A DNA stretch of 16,155 bases, taken from positions 64,001 through 80,155 of the IMG/VR virus record IMGVR_UViG_3300042914_003231. One strand, given 5' to 3'. The notes under the pieces were generated by a model. It was not told the DNA's origin, made no database searches, and saw only the letters and a list, made by a program, of their open reading frames with translations. Below are positions 15,801 to 16,155 of this stretch, in pieces (the first letter of the stretch is position 1; each line of letters starts with the position of its first letter). The position numbers and the translations under genes are program-made. The DNA is from a virus (taxonomy: Duplodnaviria; Heunggongvirae; Uroviricota; Caudoviricetes).

Positions 15801-16155
15801 TTTATATCATGCAAAGTCTTGTTCAACAAGAATACAATGATAACAAAACAAGGATCACAGATAGACTTAACCAGTTAGGGTTTCCTCAAACTATAGAGTT
15901 TAAACCATTCTGGAACTTCCTAATGAACAAAGTAGGAGGTGAACAAAATGAGGTTGATCTATACAACAAACTTGTTGAGTTAAAAGATAAGAAAGTAACT
16001 CCACTTATCCAGCAATTGTTAGATAAGGTTGGAGATCCGGCCGAGAGAATGACTGCTAGTAAGATATCTGCAGACATATGGTTAGGATTAGTAAGATCTA
16101 TGAACATGACTCGTATAGATCTACACAACAATGTTTTTGAGGTTACTAAGGATGA
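12833..16155 (+). CDS. Giant virion protein (3'-partial, more than 1107 aa) containing a zincin metallopeptidase domain; likely part of the crAss-like virion RNA polymerase locus
   Basis: Hand translation from ATG 12833 (MGICNLDQNKDLAKALATYLN...) shows no stop through 16155. It is absent from the ORF track, presumably because no stop falls in the window. HEAWH at 14822-14836 and EEFIAEEFR at 15020-15046. Confidence 0.85.
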   Translation, partial: MGICNLDQNKDLAKALATYLNISIKKNLEGETPFKLVSVMRDVYKIAYEKDQDVNKALGVAGAMPKLFLQLLNKKPEYLMKLADKGFKIDPIIDFNKKIETSEKPLDVVSESIKGIAVPTVTQAIQNSTSVEPISKPIIKEAANVPTYTDKSLVKDTFKATTGFSVVKSKEGKFEIDQANPAKAASYAALQNLLMIQTEDPTFENVKYDGHTGFKLKAAIEASLPANSIYSEVKTSTSVVLAITDNQGNYLYFDDAGKISNPENGKVAYFSLEAITKEKIAKKVELGLEKYKVDFAEKSGENAQSLEDALEQEEKRLTKKFNQQAKLIESIRLKTNMNEKVMLDITGGEVGFVDDRAGKNNLSEFNLKPEEIRSIGAAFTDYKEGNRNVRVPAVKFANYDKLIGLKGLSIKIASPELFDSLINLLVDDLVKDDGSPVSPQEKIDLFKQYAHVNKFLLSAGENALNIFIGKELVSLENKEEAKKVILDFLAKNAYHTFIKTLDGSYTSFNIADGVLSVKQEPSYVDFISKYLVPRVGMDINTKRPMINNGYFTFEVSNQQEVAAEKAKEAVKEAKEEIKKSKYNTDDLADALERSKLIASRSTPEQEAAGDKWLAETALLKVEIDGKPVITLADLRNIVNSDAFATFAKATMTLHEGGNSTHMYHEAWHAFSQIFLKKGERDHLYTEAAKLNQSFTYIKKVPGPGGNTIKKVSVKLNTLDPKNPSDRKILEEFIAEEFRVFAMNKGAFKTTPTGFKAIFKKIWALLKALFKGTVPIDVYSTPGSSVFSEMFNALYNAKNVEDLNMFQPAIQNAEFGTLNTGLINELSELDMELISRSIDGIISNVTTDLIINKGKPGAAMQIFATTKALDFLYNVSIKTALSDRLEELVAEKKANESKWNTIELDYHLNNINILQKALDNFGDVKSILENKTKDNSITAYHLKNSAFASRIKEAIVDPTDISETSAADILARNDKQANSAESEKLATASAVYIMQSLVQQEYNDNKTRITDRLNQLGFPQTIEFKPFWNFLMNKVGGEQNEVDLYNKLVELKDKKVTPLIQQLLDKVGDPAERMTASKISADIWLGLVRSMNMTRIDLHNNVFEVTKD
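14750..15150 (+). other. Zincin-like (HExxH) metallopeptidase domain, MPTase type as in phage polyvalent proteins
   Basis: Strand ATMTLH, then YHEAWHAFSQIFL (H664-E-x-x-H668), then the helix LEEFIAEEFR supplying a candidate third ligand (Glu730-Glu736), then an amphipathic helix FKKIWALLKALF. Domain boundaries are approximate. Confidence 0.8.

Larger units (their letters stand above)
1..16155 (+). mobile_element. Bacteriophage genome segment: virion cargo/ejection-protein gene cluster, probably crAss-like (Crassvirales-related) phage of a Bacteroidota host
   Basis: Five co-oriented very large ORFs with gaps of 1-3 nt (one gap of 61 nt) and no cellular genes. A giant protein carries a zincin HExxH domain, as in the giant virion-protein/RNAP locus of crAss-like phages. 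ORF2 has an E-x-E-x-G-E...H-x-x-GG...FIFSD module that I recall from crAss-like structural proteins. Starts mostly lack SD and have a purine at -3. Taxonomy is inferred; no search was run. Confidence 0.75.

Noticed and set aside
112-16131. Short minus-strand ORFs (60-120 aa) and the alternate-frame plus-strand ORF 1472-1657 in the ORF track
   Set aside because: They lie within or overlap long plus-strand genes, with Ile/Leu/Phe/Ser-rich composition typical of antisense shadows of A-rich coding DNA; no recognisable motifs.
1-16155. Stop-codon reassignment (TAG or TGA recoding known in some crAss-like phages)
   Set aside because: All five ORFs are uninterrupted under code 11 and the four visible stops are TAA, so this window gives no evidence for recoding, although it cannot exclude it.

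Overview
This window is almost entirely coding on the + strand and AT-rich (roughly 35-38% GC by eye). It holds five large, tightly packed genes: 571 aa (possibly 5'-truncated), 967 aa, 931 aa, about 1780 aa, and more than 1107 aa. The fifth starts at 12833, runs off the window and is missing from the supplied ORF track. No housekeeping, RNA, CRISPR or transposase genes are visible. The protein sizes, near absence of Cys, Gln/Gly/Met-rich and Ala/Gly-hydrophobic segments, an HExxH zincin domain in the last giant protein, and mostly SD-less starts with a purine at -3 best fit the virion cargo (ejected protein) module of a crAss-like phage infecting Bacteroidota. The virion RNA polymerase is probably encoded downstream; this assignment is inference from recalled family features, not a database result. 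The most notable signals are: (1) a 16-residue C-terminal tag shared by ORF1 and ORF2 and conserved at the protein level; (2) recurrent Q-x-G-G motifs that delimit compositionally distinct cassettes; (3) ORF4's only Cys is its last residue and the only Cys in the visible part of ORF5 is residue 4, suggesting head-to-tail linkage; (4) strong CG depletion except within CCGG.
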